From contig CBFFRP010000159.1 of assembly GCA_965644295.1 (NCBI GenBank), positions 1-64,000 of the forward strand: a stretch of 64,000 nt of DNA. Reading direction: 5' to 3'. This DNA is from Paraphysomonas bandaiensis (taxonomy: Eukaryota; Protista; Chrysophyceae). The first letter of the stretch is position 1; the number at the start of each line of letters is the position of its first letter. The notes under the pieces are model-generated. The model worked only from the letters and a program-made list of their open reading frames with translations, did no database searches and was not told the origin of the DNA. A program made the position numbers and the translations under genes. Positions 62,444-64,000 of this stretch are shown one piece after another.

Positions 62444-64000
62444 ATGAAGCGTCGGTCATCACTTCAGGCCTATTTTAAGCAAACAAAAGAAGATAACTTT
62501 TCCAGTCAAATTCTTGGAGGTGGTGAATTTCGAAAAAAAGGAAGTCATGTTAAAAACTGGAAAATTCGATCATATTATATAAAAGATGATGCAAAATTAC
62601 TATACTTTGATCCCGAAACTAAGCAACCGAAGGGTGTAGTGGATGTATCTGAAGTGGGTATTGCGAGAGGCCCAGAAGAAAATTTAAAAAAATCAGGAAG
62701 TTCTAATTTTTCTCTTGAGAATGGATACTCTATAGTTTTATCCCTATTTATTGAGTCAAAAAAAATGGAACTTGTGTTTGATTCCTATAAAGAATTGAAA
62801 AAGTTTTGTATTTTATTGGGATATGTAGCTGTGGTTAGTAATCTAGTGGTATGGTATCATGTGGACTGTATGAGATGGTGTGTTGATTGGAGTATATGTA
62901 GGAGTTTGTACGTGAGATGGGGTGGGATGATGTCGCCCTGTCAATGGAAGGTAACTGACTGTATGAGTAGATGACATAGCATGATATGTATATGATTGTA
63001 TGTATGTCGTGATGTATTTTATGTGTATAGATCGACAGAATACGAATCGAGGGAGATCATCTATTGGAGGAAGGGAGCGTGCAGCTTCGGATTCTGTGCA
63101 TGCTGCTTGCACTGGACATAGGAATGACGATGGTACTGCTTGTAGTAGATGATATCTTTCGGGGGTGTCTTAGTAATGGATTTCATGTTTACTTGTATCA
63201 GATACAGCACCAAACCATCGCAAGGATGCTTCTGTTCTTCAAATGTACCGTGATGCTCAATCAGCATCGTCTGATAGTGGAGTGGACTCAGAGGGGGTGG
63301 AGGGCGAGGTAGACGGCTTCATCAAAAACAGGCCCTCGATTGCAGAACTCGCGGCATCTGAGCGTGCTGCGGAGATGGAACTTGGCAGTGGCGAGTCTGA
63401 TGGAAGTGATATTGATCACAAGTCTGCTATTAAGCCGGCGGTCAAAAAGCGAGAGCCTTCAGGTGCGACAGTGATTCACTCAGGATTATTTTTGAAACAA
63501 GGTTGGGTTTTATTGTTTACTAGTCACTATTTAATATGAGTTCTTCTGCACAGGCCAAATAAGGAAAAATTGGAAATATCGCTACTTTGAAATATTGTAG
63601 GGCGTATTACTGACACAATACTGGATGGATATTAACATGTTCGTACTCAGGTCTAATGGGGTTCTTGTGTATAAGGAGTCAAAAGACTCTGTGTGTAAGT
63701 AGTATCTTATGATGTTAGGGTTTGTTGCTTATATAAATACAGTTGAGAAAGGACGTATGGAGCTCAAAGTGTGTGTTGTACATCACGTCGATGTGAGAAA
63801 AATATTGATAGTTAAATTTCGTTCTAAACATTAATAACTTGTGTAGGTATATGTACCAGCGTCGGCTGCTCCGGATGGACTCATGGAGGAGGCGATATCG
63901 TCTAAAGCAGTCTCCGCAAAGGATATAATTCATCGACACGGTGTGACTCTCATTCGAGTAGGAGCTATTGAAATCAAATCTATTCATGACAAACGTGTTT
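62444..64000 (+). CDS. Protein with two PH domains, multi-exon, probably continues past the window
   Basis: GEFRKKGSHVKNWKIRSY..LYF..PKGVV and GLFLKQ|GQIRKNWKYRYF. Confidence 0.8.

Overview
Eukaryotic genomic DNA with short GT-AG introns, probably a stramenopile (inferred from the PSGQ-stalk surface protein, oomycete-type hAT remnant and diatom-CoDi-like Copia). Housekeeping genes (macro domain, HAD, TDP2-like, APC10, cyclin P/U, sirtuin, RPL26, kinesin, PCGF-like RING, PH protein) are interleaved with nested transposons. Two systems stand out. (1) A large LINE-like element (1-8185, minus strand, running off the left edge) carries three OTU-like protease domains and a SET domain directly upstream of an APE endonuclease. 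Two TSD-flanked non-autonomous relatives (28680-30801, 54497-55988) share its 5' end, keep one continuous ORF and carry different in-frame internal cassettes. They share a structured, non-poly(A) 3' tail with a third short element (42847-43366). (2) A young, intact Copia (31010-36107, minus) has CG...CG LTR termini, an apparent DD(29)D integrase, no tRNA-type PBS, and a perfect 16-nt complement between its PBS position and the LTR interior, the signature of Tf1-type self-priming. There is also a membrane protein with an NHL head on a ~3,250-aa repeat stalk. All domain calls come from motif recognition by eye; no searches were run.
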